Assembly (NCBI RefSeq): GCF_006345805.1
Contig: NW_021835683.1
Coordinates: 1-39,246, forward strand
Direction of reading: 5' to 3'
DNA length: 39,246 nucleotides
Source of the DNA: Octopus sinensis
Lineage: Eukaryota
Shown here: in pieces, positions 1-12,717 of the stretch
Layout of the letters: each line of letters opens with the position of its first letter
Numbering within the stretch: the first letter of the stretch is position 1
Program-made: the position numbers and the translations under genes
The notes under the pieces: model-generated
Seen by the model: the letters and a program-made list of their open reading frames with translations, nothing else
Database searches by the model: none
What the model was told of the DNA's origin: nothing

Positions 1-1
1 A

Positions 2-895
2 GGCTTTTGGTGCAAAACGCACGTTTGTTTCATATCGCTGAAAAAAAAAAGCCGACGATATAAAACGGGAGTGCGTTTTGCACCAAAAGCCATTATGAGA
101 GAGTTTCTCTCATAGCATCTATCGTAGTAAAGTTTGTTCCAACAGAACAACCATCTTCAAGTGAGAATAAAGATTACCCCTCGTTACTAATACTACCTCT
201 GTCGCTAATATATATTTTGTTAACAAGTTAACTGGTTAATTGCAACACCGGCGCCTGTTCTGGTATTCTTTGTCTATATATCGCTGGTGAGGAGATGAAT
301 AGCTGCTATCTCTAGCAGTCAAGCATCCATCGTTGATAAGATCAAGATAGGTCAAAATCACTTGATCTGGAGGTCTCGGCGCTGGCAATGGTGGGGATTT
401 ATCTCTGTCTGCTAGCGATATAAACACATTTCTCTCGAGGTATCTTCCGCAGTATCGTCTGTTCTAACTGAACATCATTGTTCAAGTGGAGATAAATGTT
501 ATTTCTCCGTATTAAGACTACCTCTGCCGCAAATAAATATTTTGTTAACAAGTTCACTGGATAATCACGACACCAGCGCCTGTTCTGGCACTACCAATCT
601 ATATATCGCTACTATCTCTGGCAGTCGAGAGCGTCCGTCATTGATAAAACAAGGAAGGACGAAATCCCGTGAGCTGGTAGTCTCAACGCTGGAGGTGGTT
701 AGGATTTATCTCTCTCCGCTAGTAATATAAACAAGAGTGCATTTTGCACCAAAAGCCAATATGAGAGAGGTTCTCTCTTAGTATCTTCCGCAGTATAGTC
801 TGTTCTAACAGAACATCCACATTTAAATGGGGATTGATAATACCTCTCGGCACTAATACTGCGCCCGTCGCTAATAAATATATTTTATAACAAAA
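2..895. repeat. Diverged ~330-bp tandem repeat (about 2.5 units) preceded by an inverted copy of the unit junction
   Basis: Anchor TATTTT(G/A)T(T/A)AC recurs at 213, 538 and 881; TTTTGCACCAAAAGCC recurs at 76 and 742; 2-22 is the exact reverse complement of 71-91. Confidence 0.8.
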
Positions 896-959
896 TGTAC
901 ATTAACTGCAGAGAAGCGGGGAAATAGATTTTGTAGATGTTAACTTTGTCTATTGTTGA

Positions 960-1140
960 ATAGTCAGATTTCTGGGTAGTTTATTGAAGTTTGGAGCAGT
1001 TGTATAACTGTGTGATGTGAAAGGTGCGAATAAAATGTCATCTGTGTATTAAACTGCATATATTTTGCGATATGGGGAAAGAATGTCATTTTTAGGTTGA
1101 AAAGTGTGGGTTAAAAGATGGAGCCCTGCGGTAATCAATC
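960..1140 (-). mobile_element. Highly decayed non-LTR retrotransposon RT fragment
   Basis: Minus strand reads LPQGSIF*PTLFNL, then after a frameshift YTDDI, matching the GxPQGSxLSPxLFN and YADD RT motifs. Confidence 0.5.
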
Positions 1141-2049
1141 AAAAAATTGCAGTGCTGGTTTTGTTTTTTAAATACTAAGATTTGTAGATCCTACAGGCTG
1201 TACATAAACAGAAATATAGTCCTTTTTATAGCTCTTGTGGGATTAAGGCAACGATGAGGGTCTTTTCGGTAGCCTAGAATGAGTATAGAGCAGAGAGATT
1301 TTTTTTTACTAATTAACAGTTCATCAGGCTTTGCTCATTTTTCTCTCTCAAAATACTGAGAGAAAGTAGCAGTGGACTGTCTATTCAGTTGTGAACAGGA
1401 ATATACCTAGTCGTATCGTAACTGTTTAGGATAACTGCTCCTAGATTAAGGATGAGCGTCGGAAGGATCCGAACTCTCAGTCACATTTTAAAATTCATGT
1501 CTAAAACAACCATTTCACGACTTCTCAGAACATAGACACTGTAAATACAAAAATGGCGCCGCATTCAATTTTGGCGTCTACAGCGGTATCTGATCTAATT
1601 TCTCAAGTTGACTGGGCGCAGTGGCGCGTAATGGCATTTTCCAGAGAGTACACACGCAAGTGTATATGTGTATGCACGCACATACACACACACACACACC
1701 ACACACACACATATATATATATAAACAAATAAATATAAGATCCTAGGATCGGGGTGTTGAAAGAAAGTTGGCTTCAAACAATCCGTAGAGAATATAAAAA
1801 ACAACTTTCAGGGACAATAGTGGTTTATTGAGACGGAATTTTGTGGATTTTTCTTATCGAAGTACGATAAATTGAAAAAAGCACTTTTTATATTTCACGA
1901 TAGGCACATGAATAAGAATTATCCTTGACCTGAAGAGTGGCCTGTGGTATACATCTCGCTTGGATATTTACCACTTCTGAGGTTCCTCTCGCTGTGAAAT
2001 ATATGTAGCCTGGATCTTATCTACTCTGTTCCTTAACTCTTGTATTCTT

Positions 2050-2411
2050 ATACATACATACATACATACATACATACATACATACATACATACATACATA
2101 CATACACATACACATATACATATACATATATATATATGATGTGTATGAGTGTGTATGTATGTATAATATGCTATTCCGTGATAGAAAATTCAACAAGGAA
2201 AGTACTCTATCTGGAGAGAGATACATATAATTTATCTAAAGGACATAATATATGTCTTTAAGTGATACTATTAGTTTCATATGTCGAGAAATATCTCAAC
2301 ATATTCATCAAACATAAATCGCATATAACAAACTAAAAAAACTGAATAAGAGAAGAAACGCGAAAGAACTGAGAAGGTAGCATATAGAAAACGTGTGTTT
2401 GTGTTTGTATA

Positions 2412-2463
<52 letters not shown>

Positions 2464-2633
2464 TCACATATGTATATATCCCGACACACGTTTTTCTCTC
2501 TCTCTATTTCATCCCTCTCTGTCGAAGAGCGTAGGTTCGAAACGTCAAAAGCTTTTCTATTCTTCCCGAGCGTCAAACACCTGCTGCTTGTTGTTCCCTC
2601 GCCAGTTTTCGTCTTGCTTTCTGTACATTTGAA

Positions 2634-2671
<38 letters not shown>

Positions 2672-3150
2672 CACACGTATATATATGTAGCTGGAATAAA
2701 ATGTGTCTGTCACGCTCTTGACATTCAAAATGTATTTGACCTACAATCCAAACCTTTGCACCTTTCTCCACGACATGTATGTGTCTGTGTGTGTAAGTGT
2801 GTTTGTGTGTGTCTCTATGAATGTGTGTAATTGTGTATGTGTGATTGTATGCTCGTGTGTATATGTGAATGTGCGTATGGATGCACGTGTATGTGAGTAT
2901 GTGTATACGAGTGTGCGTGTGTGTGTGTGTGATTGAGTGGATGTGTTTGAGTGTGTTTCTGTGAGTGTATGCGTGTGTGCCTAGGTGTGTATATGTGAGT
3001 CTATGTGTGTGATTGTATGCGAATTTATGTATATATGTGTGTGTGGGGATGTATTTGTGTGCGTGTGAATGTACGTGAGTGCGAGTGTGTATGGGCATAT
3101 TTCTATATATATATGCGTGTATATATATATATACTACATACAATACATAC

Positions 3151-3232
<82 letters not shown>

Positions 3233-3390
3233 ACATATATATATATATATATATATATAACATATATATATATATATACATCTATATACATACATACAGA
3301 TATATATATATGTGTATATACATATAATATATATACTATATAATATATATATATATATAATATATACATTATATATACATATATATATAC

Positions 3391-3442
<52 letters not shown>

Positions 3443-3456
3443 ATTATATATATATA

Positions 3457-3501
<45 letters not shown>

Positions 3502-3560
3502 CACACACACAGAGATATATGTATGTATGCGCGTGTGCGTGTGTGTGTGGTGCGTTTGTG
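2050..3560. repeat. Compound (TACA)n/(CA)n/(TG)n/(TA)n microsatellite block
   Basis: Direct inspection. Confidence 0.95.
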
Positions 3561-4044
3561 TGTATGCGTTAGATACCCGGTGAAGCATTCCATCCAAAAG
3601 ACCATTTTCTTTTCTTTTCTCTTCTACCCGAAAGCCGGGTACCCTGTTTTTCTCTTTGTTTTCTGCGCTGGAGATAATTATTTAATCTTAAACTGCAAAA
3701 GCATAGGTTGAAGGTTCAAATCTAGATGATTAAACCAGGCGTTTATCGAAACAAAAACAACTGACAAAGTGTTAATTCCTGGTTGACTTTGGAAGCTGTT
3801 TGGCAATCATTAGATATCGGTATCTGGAAACCATCGAAGGACAGGAGATGAGAAGGAGAGCGCAAAGTAACGAGGTGAGTGGTGAGGGTGCGAGGTGGGG
3901 TGGGGCGTGGGGGTGTGGGGGGTGGCGGTGGGTACGGGGGTGGTGGTGGGTGGTGGTTGAGATCATCGAAGAAAGAAAGGAAACCAAATGTGAGAGTCCA
4001 TCAATGAATCCGATCTCTGAATGGATCATTAATTCTTGAAAGGA

Positions 4045-4304
4045 AATATAAAGTGATGACGAAATTATTATTATTATTACTATTACTGTTATCATTATTA
4101 TTATTATCATTATTATTATTGTTGTTGTGTTGTTGTTGTTGTTGTGTTGTTGTTGTTGTTGTTGTTGTCATCATTATCATCACCATTACCACCACCATCA
4201 TCACATCATCATCATCGTCATCATTAGATCGTTGAGGAAATGTGGAATTTGAATGTATTGGATGGGCGATAGAGAATGAAGGAATATTTGTGGTATGATG
4301 ATGA

Positions 4305-4338
<34 letters not shown>

Positions 4339-4468
4339 GGGGGTAAAGGTGGTGACGACAGTGGTGTCGGTGGTGGAGGTAATGGTGGTGTTGGTGCTCG
4401 TGGTGATTACGGTGATGTTGGGGTTTGGTTGTTGTTGTTGCTGATGGTGATAATGATGATGATGATGG

Positions 4469-4518
<50 letters not shown>

Positions 4519-4799
4519 GCAGATGATGTGCAACCCTACAATTAAGGACGGCGATGGTGAAGAGAATCTGCACGATGGTTATCATTCACTCAGATGCTGC
4601 TGCTGATGATGATGATGACGACGACGATGATGGTGGCCGTGGTGGTGATGGTGGTGATGGTGATGAATGCGAAGATGATGATGATGGTTGTTATGTTGAT
4701 GATGACGATGATGATGATTGTGATGATGTTGATGACGATGATGATGATTGTGATGATGTTGATGACGATGATGATGATTGTGATGATATTGACGACGAC

Positions 4800-4857
<58 letters not shown>

Positions 4858-4905
4858 ATGATGATGATGATGATGATGATTATGATGATGTTGATGATGG
4901 TAATT

Positions 4906-4944
<39 letters not shown>

Positions 4945-4950
4945 ATGATG
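4045..4950. repeat. Compound trinucleotide microsatellites (TAT, GTT, CAT, GAT, GGT)
   Basis: Direct inspection; source of the poly-D/H/M/I ORFs. Confidence 0.95.
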
Positions 4951-5410
4951 ATGACGATGATGACAAAATACATCACTGAAGATGCTGATGAATACCGCGA
5001 TTTTGAAAGATTTTAATGAACTTTTGGGCTGCTGGAAATACAAGCGATTTGCTATGCAAATTGACATTTAAAGTCATATTAAATTTCGACTTGAGTTTCC
5101 TATGCATAAATAACACTTACATATTCATCTTCATTCACCGTATATATATCATTTTCGTTTTAAAATTTATAGCTTTAAATTGGATTAAATTATCTAATTA
5201 GAAGCAAACCTTTGAAACAGATACCCGCTACTAAGATAGCTCTGTCGAAAGTAGTCGGTTAACATGGTGGGGAAGAATAAAACAGCGAATGTAAATATTC
5301 ATGAGAACCATAGAATCATATTTAGTTAACAGGATTTATGTTTTGCTACCTCTGCTGCTCTCTAATTCGTTTCTAATTCGTAATTTACTATTTTTTATTC
5401 ATTTGAGATA

Positions 5411-5800
5411 TACTCTTTTTACTTGTTTCAGTCATTTGACTACGGCCATGCTGGAGCACCGCCGCCTCGACCCCGGGACTTATTCTTTGTAAACCCAGTA
5501 CTTATTCTATCGGTCTCTTTTGCCGAACCGCTAAGTGGCGGGGACGTAAACACACCAGCATCGGTTGTCAAGCAATGCTAGGGGGACAAACCCAGGCACA
5601 CAAACATATACACACACATATATATATACATATATACGACAGGCTTCTTTCAGTTTCCGTCTACCAAATCCACTCACAAGGCATTGGTCGTCCCGGGGCT
5701 ATAGCAGAAGACACTTGCCCAAGATGCCACGCAGTGGGACTGAACCCGGAACCATGTGGTTGGTTAGCAAGCTACTTACCACACAGCCACTCCTGCGCCT
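5411..5800 (-). mobile_element. Family B tRNA-derived SINE, near full length, with internal (TA/CA)n
   Basis: Reverse complement of the copy at 27014-27490: head GGCGCAGGAGTGGCTGTGTGG, B-box-like GGTTCAGTCCC, tail TGAAACAAGTAAAA. Confidence 0.85.
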
Positions 5801-6282
5801 ATGATCATTTGTATTATACTTTGAATTTCATCCCCTACCTCCAGAAATAGTGTCCGCGTTGTGGACCAATTACAGCTTTTTTAAAAAAAAAAATTCTTAT
5901 TTAAAAATATACAGAAGTATCATTTATTTCGTGCCATGGCTTAATGATCTGTTCCCGTATCAAAAGGCAGTGATTGGACTTGCATACTATCATCATTAAG
6001 GATATTAGGGTATTTCTGACCTTAAATATCTTATTGATACCAGTACATAACGGTTGCCGAACGCCACTAGAAATTAGTGCTATATGTGTGTCTTGTGATC
6101 GGACACTATCAGCAATTTGAAACTGGAAAAATTGCTAAATGACATTTAGAAAGAAGAGTGTTTTGGGGAAATGTCATGAGTTTAGATTGCTGAATTGAAT
6201 TCTAGGAGAGAGTTCTATATGTCCACATGTTGATATTCATGGAATACCATACCATTGCTAATGACTTTAACATGTTGCAATA

Positions 6283-6478
6283 TGGAGCAAAGATCATTTG
6301 CCAACATAACATGGCAGTCCTGGTTTAGGACGAATGTTGCTGTAATTTAGCCAGCTCGTCTCCAGTTCGCTATACGACACGATCTGTGTCGTATACTTTC
6401 GAGCAAGGGTAAAAATTACAGTAACATTCATCCTAAACCAAGACTGTCATGTTATGTTAGCAAATGATCTTTGCTCCA
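6283..6478. mobile_element. Foldback/MITE-like element with ~66-bp terminal inverted repeats
   Basis: 6283-6348 and 6413-6478 are reverse complements with about 5 mismatches; internal perfect 10-bp hairpin at 6371-6395. Confidence 0.7.
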
Positions 6479-6547
6479 AAGTGCTGGTGCTAAATATCTC
6501 TCGTTGTGAGATTTACAAATATTAATGTTCTAATGTTGCAATGTTTC

Positions 6548-8266
6548 TTATTTCTTTATTGCCCACAAGGGGCTAAACATAGAGGGGACAAACAAGAACA
6601 GACAAACGGATTAAGTCGATTATATCGACCCCAGTGCGTAACTGGTTCTTAATTTATCGACTCCGAAAGGATGAAAGACAAAGTCGACCTCGGCGGAATT
6701 TGAACTCAGAACGTAACGGCAGATGAATTACCTATTTCTTTACTACTCGCAAGGGGCTAAACACAGAGAGGACAAACAAGGACAGACAAACGGATTAAAT
6801 CGATTATATCGACCCCAGTGCGTAACTGGTACTTATTTAATCGATCCCGAAAGGATGAAAGACAAAGTCGACCTCGGCGGAATTTGAACTCAGAACGTAA
6901 CGGCAGATGAATTACCTATTTCTTTACTACTCGCAAGGGGCTAAACACAGAGAGGACAAACAAGGACAGACAAACGGATTAAATCGATTATATCGACCCC
7001 AGTGCGTAACTGGTACTTATTTAATCGATCCCGAAAGGATGAAAGACAAAGTCGACCTCGGCGGAATTTGAACTCAGAACGTAACGGCAGATGAATTACC
7101 TATTTCTTTACTACTCGCAAGGAGCTAAACACAGAGAGGACAAACAAGGACGACAACGGATTAAATCGATTATATCGACCCCAGTGCGTAAGTGGTACTT
7201 ATTTAATCGATCCCGAAAGGATGAAAGACAAAGTCGACCTCGGCGGAATTTGAACTCAGAACGTAACGGCAGATGAATTACCTATTTCTTTACTACTCGC
7301 AAGGAGCTAAACACAGAGAGGACAAACAAGGACAGACAAACGGATTAAATCGATTATATCGACCCCAGTGCGTAAGTGGTACTTATTTAATCGATCCCGA
7401 AAGGATGAAAGACAAAGTCGACCTCGGCGGAATTTGAACTCAGAACGTAACGGCAGATGAATTACCTATTTCTTTACTACTCGCAAGGAGCTCAACACAG
7501 AGAGGACAAACAAGGACAGACAAACGGATTAAATCGATTATATCGACCCCAGTGCGTAAGTGGTACTTATTTAATCGATCCCGAAAGGATGAAAGACAAA
7601 GTCGACCTCGGCGGAATTTGAACTCAGAACGTAACGGCAGATGAATTACCTATTTCTTTACTACTCGCAGGGTAAACACAGAGGGACAACAAGGACAGAC
7701 AAACGGATTAAATCGATTATATCGACCCCAGTGCGTAAGTGGTACTTATTTAATCGATCCCGAAAGGATGAAAGACAAAGTCGACCTCGGCGGAATTTGA
7801 ACTCAGAACGTAACGGCAGATGAATTACCTATTTCTTTACTACTCGCAAGGAGCTAAACACAGAGAGGACAAACAAGGACAGACAAACGGATTAAATCGA
7901 TTATATCGACCCCAGTGCGTAAGTGGTACTTATTTAATCGATCCCGAAATGAGATGAAAAGACAAAGTCGACCTCGGCGGAATTTGAACTCAGAACGTAA
8001 CGGCAGATGATTACCTATTTCTTTACTACTCGCAACTACTACTCGCAAGAGCTAACACAGGAGGACACACAGGACAGACAAACGGATTAAATCGATTATA
8101 TCGACCCCAGTGCGTAACTGGTACTTATTTAATCGATCCCGAAAGGATGAAAGACAAAGTCGACCTCGGCGGAATTTGAACTCAGAACGTAACGGCAGAC
8201 GAAATACCTATTTCTTTACTACTCGCAAGGGGCTAAACACAGAGAGGACAAACAAGGACAGACAAG
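6548..8266 (-). repeat. Tandem array of about 9.3 headless family A SINE units, period ~184 bp
   Basis: AGATGAATTACC anchor at 6721, 6905, 7089, 7271, 7455, 7639 and 7818; unit equals the family A body lacking the 5' ~47 nt. Confidence 0.95.
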
Positions 8267-8298
8267 CTGTCAAATTTAACACGAACACCCAGCAAATT

Positions 8299-8460
8299 CG
8301 TGGGTTCGATTCTTGGCTAGAGTAGGGCGTTGTATCGTTAAGCAAGGCCTTTCATATCACGTTACTTCTGTCTACTCAGTTGAAAAGGGAAACCAGCCAA
8401 ATATTAGAGCAGCCCTTCCTATCCTCAGCTGTCACATTGTCGATGTTACCCTGGGCCAAA
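8299..8460 (+). mobile_element. Diverged family D SINE fragment
   Basis: GGGTTCGATTC B-box followed by GCGTTGT...AGCAAG...TCACGTT...CTACTCAGTTG, similar to 18980-19060. Confidence 0.4.
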
Positions 8461-8974
8461 GGTGCTAAGATTCAAAATATTCTCTTTGCTTTTCATTACA
8501 AAGACACTTAAATAAACAACCAGAGAAAGCTGTAAGCTCCTTACTCGTTTGCGACTGACGGCTGGTTTGTATGTTTATGAGCGAATGTGTACGTGTGTTC
8601 TTCAACTCATTAAACTGTCCATTTAAAAATTTTTCTTGCCAAGAATTCTGTTTGCAGCATCGCTGGGAACAGCAAAATGGCACCACCACCCCTACCAAAA
8701 CATAAAACGATTGCGGTTTCATCTCTTCGAATGAAATTCTTTGAAGTTATTGAAACTAAATTTCGTTCAATCGATTGATCTGATCGAACGAAACGTGGGA
8801 TGATTATTTTTTTTATTCTTTTACAAAATGCTTAATCTTTTCATGGCAAGATCATGGATGTTTCATGGCCATTTTCGACCAAGTCTTCCCTATCTCAAAG
8901 AAATCTTGTACAGTTTCTGTTGTGAAACTTCCCACATTGGGATAGAATAACAAAGTCGAAAGTTCAAATGAAGA

Positions 8975-9135
8975 GTGGCGGTGATGGTGGTTGTGTTGGT
9001 GGTAGTTGTCTTGGCGGTGGTGATGGTTATGATAATGATGGTGGTGGTGCCAGTGGTGAAGTGGTGGTAGGGATGGTGGTGGTTGTGGTTATGGTGGAGA
9101 TGGATGTAGCGTTGGTGGTGATAGTGGTGGTAGTG
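8975..9135. repeat. Degenerate (GGT)n microsatellite
   Basis: Direct inspection. Confidence 0.85.
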
Positions 9136-9227
9136 GATCTCCGTCGTTCGACGATGAGGATTTCGTTGTTTGATCTACCGAATTACCTTCTCTAGAGTTA
9201 ATCAGTAAGTGGTTGAGTATCCCGCAA

Positions 9228-9327
9228 GTATGTGTGCCCGTAATGTAATTCCTAGGCAGAATCAGCCTGACGCCGTGTACGACAAGGTTGTACTTTTGAA
9301 TTCAATGTACAATCAATCCAACAGGCT
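9228..9327 (-). mobile_element. Diverged fragment of the 3' half shared by families C and D
   Basis: Similar to the reverse complement of 21540-21640. Confidence 0.45.
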
Positions 9328-9527
9328 TCAGTATAGTTTCCGTCCACCCAGTTTCACTTTGAAGGTTCAGTCGTCATGAAACTACAGAAAATACTTCTGT
9401 GAATGTCTGTTCGTTCATCCAAGATTTTGTCAATTCCAACATCAATACAAACAACAACAACATTGGCAATCAATAGTATTACTTGGTAAAATATGTAGAA
9501 TCACTGTATATAGAATCCGCAGCATCA

Positions 9528-9575
<48 letters not shown>

Positions 9576-9584
9576 CATTATTAA

Positions 9585-9800
9585 GGTGGCGAGCTGGCAG
9601 AATCGTTAGCGCGCCGAGCTAAATGCATAGCGGCATTTCGTCCGTCGCTACGTTCTGAGTTCAAATTCCGCCGAGTTTGACTTTGCCTTTCATCCTTTTC
9701 GGGGTCGATGAATTAAATACCAGTTGCGTACTGGGGTCGATCAAATCGACTGGCCTCCTCATTCAAAATTTCAGGCCTCTGTACCTATAATAGAAGGGAA
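9585..9800 (+). mobile_element. Family A SINE, subfamily A2 tail, between (TAT)n tracts
   Basis: A-box-like TGGCAGAATCGTTAG, B-box GAGTTCAAATTC, body GACTTTGCCTTTCATCC..GGGGTCGAT, tail AAAATTTCAGGCCT...AGAAGGG(ATT)n. Confidence 0.85.
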
Positions 9801-9820
9801 TATTATTATTATTATTATTA

Positions 9821-9854
<34 letters not shown>

Positions 9855-9900
9855 GTTGTTGTTGTTATTGTTGTTGTTGTTGTTGTTGTTGTTGTATAAA

Positions 9901-10184
9901 GCGATGATCTGGCAGAATCGTTAGCACGCTGGGCTAAATGCTTAGCGGTATTTCGCCTGCCGTTACGTTGTGAGTTCAAATTCTGCCGAGGTCGACTTTG
10001 CCTTTCATCCTTTCGGGGGTCGATAAATTAAGTACCAGTTACGCACTGGGGTCGATGTAATCGACTTAATACCTATGTCTGTCCTTGTTTGTCCCCTCTG
10101 TGTTTAGCCCCTTGTGGGTAATAAAGAAATAGGTATTTCGCCTGCCGTTACGTGTTTAGCCCCTTGTGGGCAATAAAGAAATAA
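9901..10184 (+). mobile_element. Family A SINE (A1 tail) plus a short internally deleted second unit
   Basis: Tail AAAGAAATA joined to GGTATTTCG at 10131/10132, then a second tail ending at 10184. Confidence 0.85.
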
Positions 10185-10210
10185 TGATATTATTTATTTA
10201 TTTATTTATT

Positions 10211-10570
10211 TATTTCGTCTGTCGTTACGTCCTGAGTTCAAATTCCGCCGAGGTCGACCTTGCCTTATCATTCTTTCGGGGTCGATAAATTAAGTACCAG
10301 TGAAACACTGGGTGTGGATGTAATCGACTCGCCTTTACCCTCAACATTTCAGGCCTTGTGCCCTTAGTAGAAAGGATTATTATTATTTATTTATTTGTTT
10401 ATTTCGTCTGTCGTTACGTTCTGAGTTCAAATTCCGCCGAGGTCGACCTTGCCTTATCATTCTTTCGGGGTCGATAAATTAAGTACCAGCGAAACACTGG
10501 GTGTGGATGTAATCGACTCGCCCTTACCCCAACGTTTCAGGCCTTGTGCCTTTAGTAGAAAGGGTTATTA
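10211..10570 (+). mobile_element. Tandem dimer of headless A2 SINE units
   Basis: Two near-identical ~189-bp units both starting TATTTCGTCTGTCG (10211, 10400) after ATT/ATTT tails. Confidence 0.85.
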
Positions 10571-10984
10571 TTATCATTGCTGTTGCTGTTGTTGTTGTTG
10601 TTGTTTTTGTAGTTTAATTAAACCCAAATTTTAATTCGCAAGTTGTAATAACATTTATATTAACACTGAACATGTTTAAGCTATTTTTATAATTAGATCT
10701 TGCAGTTTTTGGTTTCATCATTCAAGTCTGGATTTAAATTTACCCCGAATCAATTTATATTAAAATACGCCATATTTATGCCATCAACACTTAAAAACCA
10801 AACTTTATAATTCCTGAATCGCACCAACACTTCGTTGCTAAAAACATGCTAGAGCGATTTTTTTCTAATTATAATATTTAATTTCTTAGTTACTTAATTA
10901 CAATCTTGCAATCAAAATTTATTCGCCAAGAATTTGCTGTTCAAATTCATAATTTACAGAAGAAAACTAATACGTTCGTGTAAT

Positions 10985-11066
10985 AGCTTGTGTGTGAGTG
11001 TGTGTGTGTGTGTGTGTTGTGTGTGTGCGCGTGTGTGCGTGTGTGTGTGTGTTGGTGTGTGTGTGT

Positions 11067-11113
<47 letters not shown>

Positions 11114-11326
11114 TGTGTGTGTGTGTGTGCGTGGGTGTGTGTGTGTGTGTGCGTGTGTGTGTGTAGTGTGTGCGTGTATGTTGTGTGTGTGGTGTGTGTG
11201 GCGCGTGTGTGTGTGTTGTGTATGTGTGTGTTGTGGTGTTGTGTGTGTGTGCGCGTGTGTGTGTGTGTGTGGTGTGTGTGTGTGCGTGGTGTGTGTGTGT
11301 GTGTGGTGTGGGCGTGTGTGTGTGTG

Positions 11327-11380
<54 letters not shown>

Positions 11381-11651
11381 AACGAGTGTTTATGTATGCC
11401 CGTTTGTATGCATGTGCGAGCTGACGTGTGTATGTGTGTGTGTTTTGTGTGTTAGCGTGTGCGTGTGTGAGTCTCTTTGAGATTGCAAGTGTTCGTGTGA
11501 ATGTGCGCGTGTGTAGGTGGTGGGGTGTGGGGGTGGGGGTATTAAATGTGAATGTCTTTGTGCGTGTGTATGTTTGTAGGTGTATTCTATCACTCTCTTA
11601 CTCTATCTGTCTATCTCCCTCTCTTTCTATTTCTCTATCTGTCTATTTCTC

Positions 11652-11686
<35 letters not shown>

Positions 11687-11750
11687 AGCTAGCTCATTCT
11701 CTCGCTCTCTGTCTATCTATCTACCTAGCTCACTCTGTCGCTCTCTCTCT

Positions 11751-11828
<78 letters not shown>

Positions 11829-12250
11829 CTTTCTCTCTTTACCTCTTTCTCTACCTCTTTTTCTACCCCTCTCTCTTTCTCTCTTTCTCTATCTATCTGT
11901 CTGTCTGTGTATCTATCTATCTGTCTATCTTTCTCTCCCCCTCTCCCTCCCGCTATTTCCCCTCTCTCCTCTATCTCCCCTACCTCTCCTCCTCTTCCCT
12001 CCCCTCTCTATCTCCCCTTACCTCTCCTCCTCTCCTCCCTCTCTCTCCGTCTACCTACCTACCTACCTACCTACCTACCTACCTACCTACCTGCCTACCT
12101 ACCTACCTACCTACCTACCTGCCTACCTACCTACCTACCTATTTTTTTTTTACGCCTCAACACTATATAGATTTCTGTCTGTCTGTCTATCTGTCTGTCT
12201 GTCTATCTGTCTGTCTGTCTGTCTATCTGTCTGTCTGTCTGTCTGTCTGT
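10985..12250. repeat. Compound (TG)n, (CT)n, (CTAT)n, (CCTA)n and (CTGT)n microsatellites
   Basis: Direct inspection. Confidence 0.95.
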
Positions 12251-12717
12251 TATAGAAATTTCAGACAAAATTTTTTTTGGCCTCCATATTCTTTCTTATG
12301 TTGCGTTCAATTTCGATTTTTATCTTTCTTCCTTCTGTTGTCTTCTTGTTTTAACACTCTCTTAAAAAAAAAAAAAGTTATCTGATGTCATATCAAAAAT
12401 ATTCTTCTCTAACATTCAGGTTCTTTTTTTATATTCTTCTTTATTCTTGCTAATCTTAGTAACTCCGAAAATCTATTGTTATTGTATGTCGTCGTTCTTC
12501 TTAATATGGTTTTTTCTTCTTATTTCTACTAATGTCATTTCTTTTTCATTCAATTATATTTTTGTTTATGAAATCCGATGCTAACTATATATTGCTGTTT
12601 TCTTTCTTTTCTTTTCTTCATTTTAATCTCGACTCTACAGGTTAAATCTCGTGCAATATTTATGTGAGAGATGTCCGTGTTTACTCTGTTTAGAATCTCC
12701 ATACATTTATATTTGTT

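Noticed and set aside
3885-3955. G-quadruplex-forming run (also 11516-11540 and 19565-19585)
   Set aside because: Part of low-complexity or SINE-tail sequence, with no functional evidence
3772-4046. Terminal exon on the minus strand (…INDPFRDRIH* or ELMIHSEIG…)
   Set aside because: An acceptor-like site exists but there is no recognisable peptide and no linked upstream exon
2017-5067. Long ORFs rich in H, D, I, Y, M, C or V
   Set aside because: They are translations of microsatellites, open in several overlapping frames, with no domain or splice support; the same applies at 10934-13585, 22095-23090 and 32530-33658
7091-8325. Repeated 60-70-aa ORFs (also 28142-28327 and 30368-31464)
   Set aside because: Antisense reading frames of family A SINE units
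12050-12140. Interstitial telomeric repeat
   Set aside because: The unit is (CCTA)n, not TTAGG or TTAGGG
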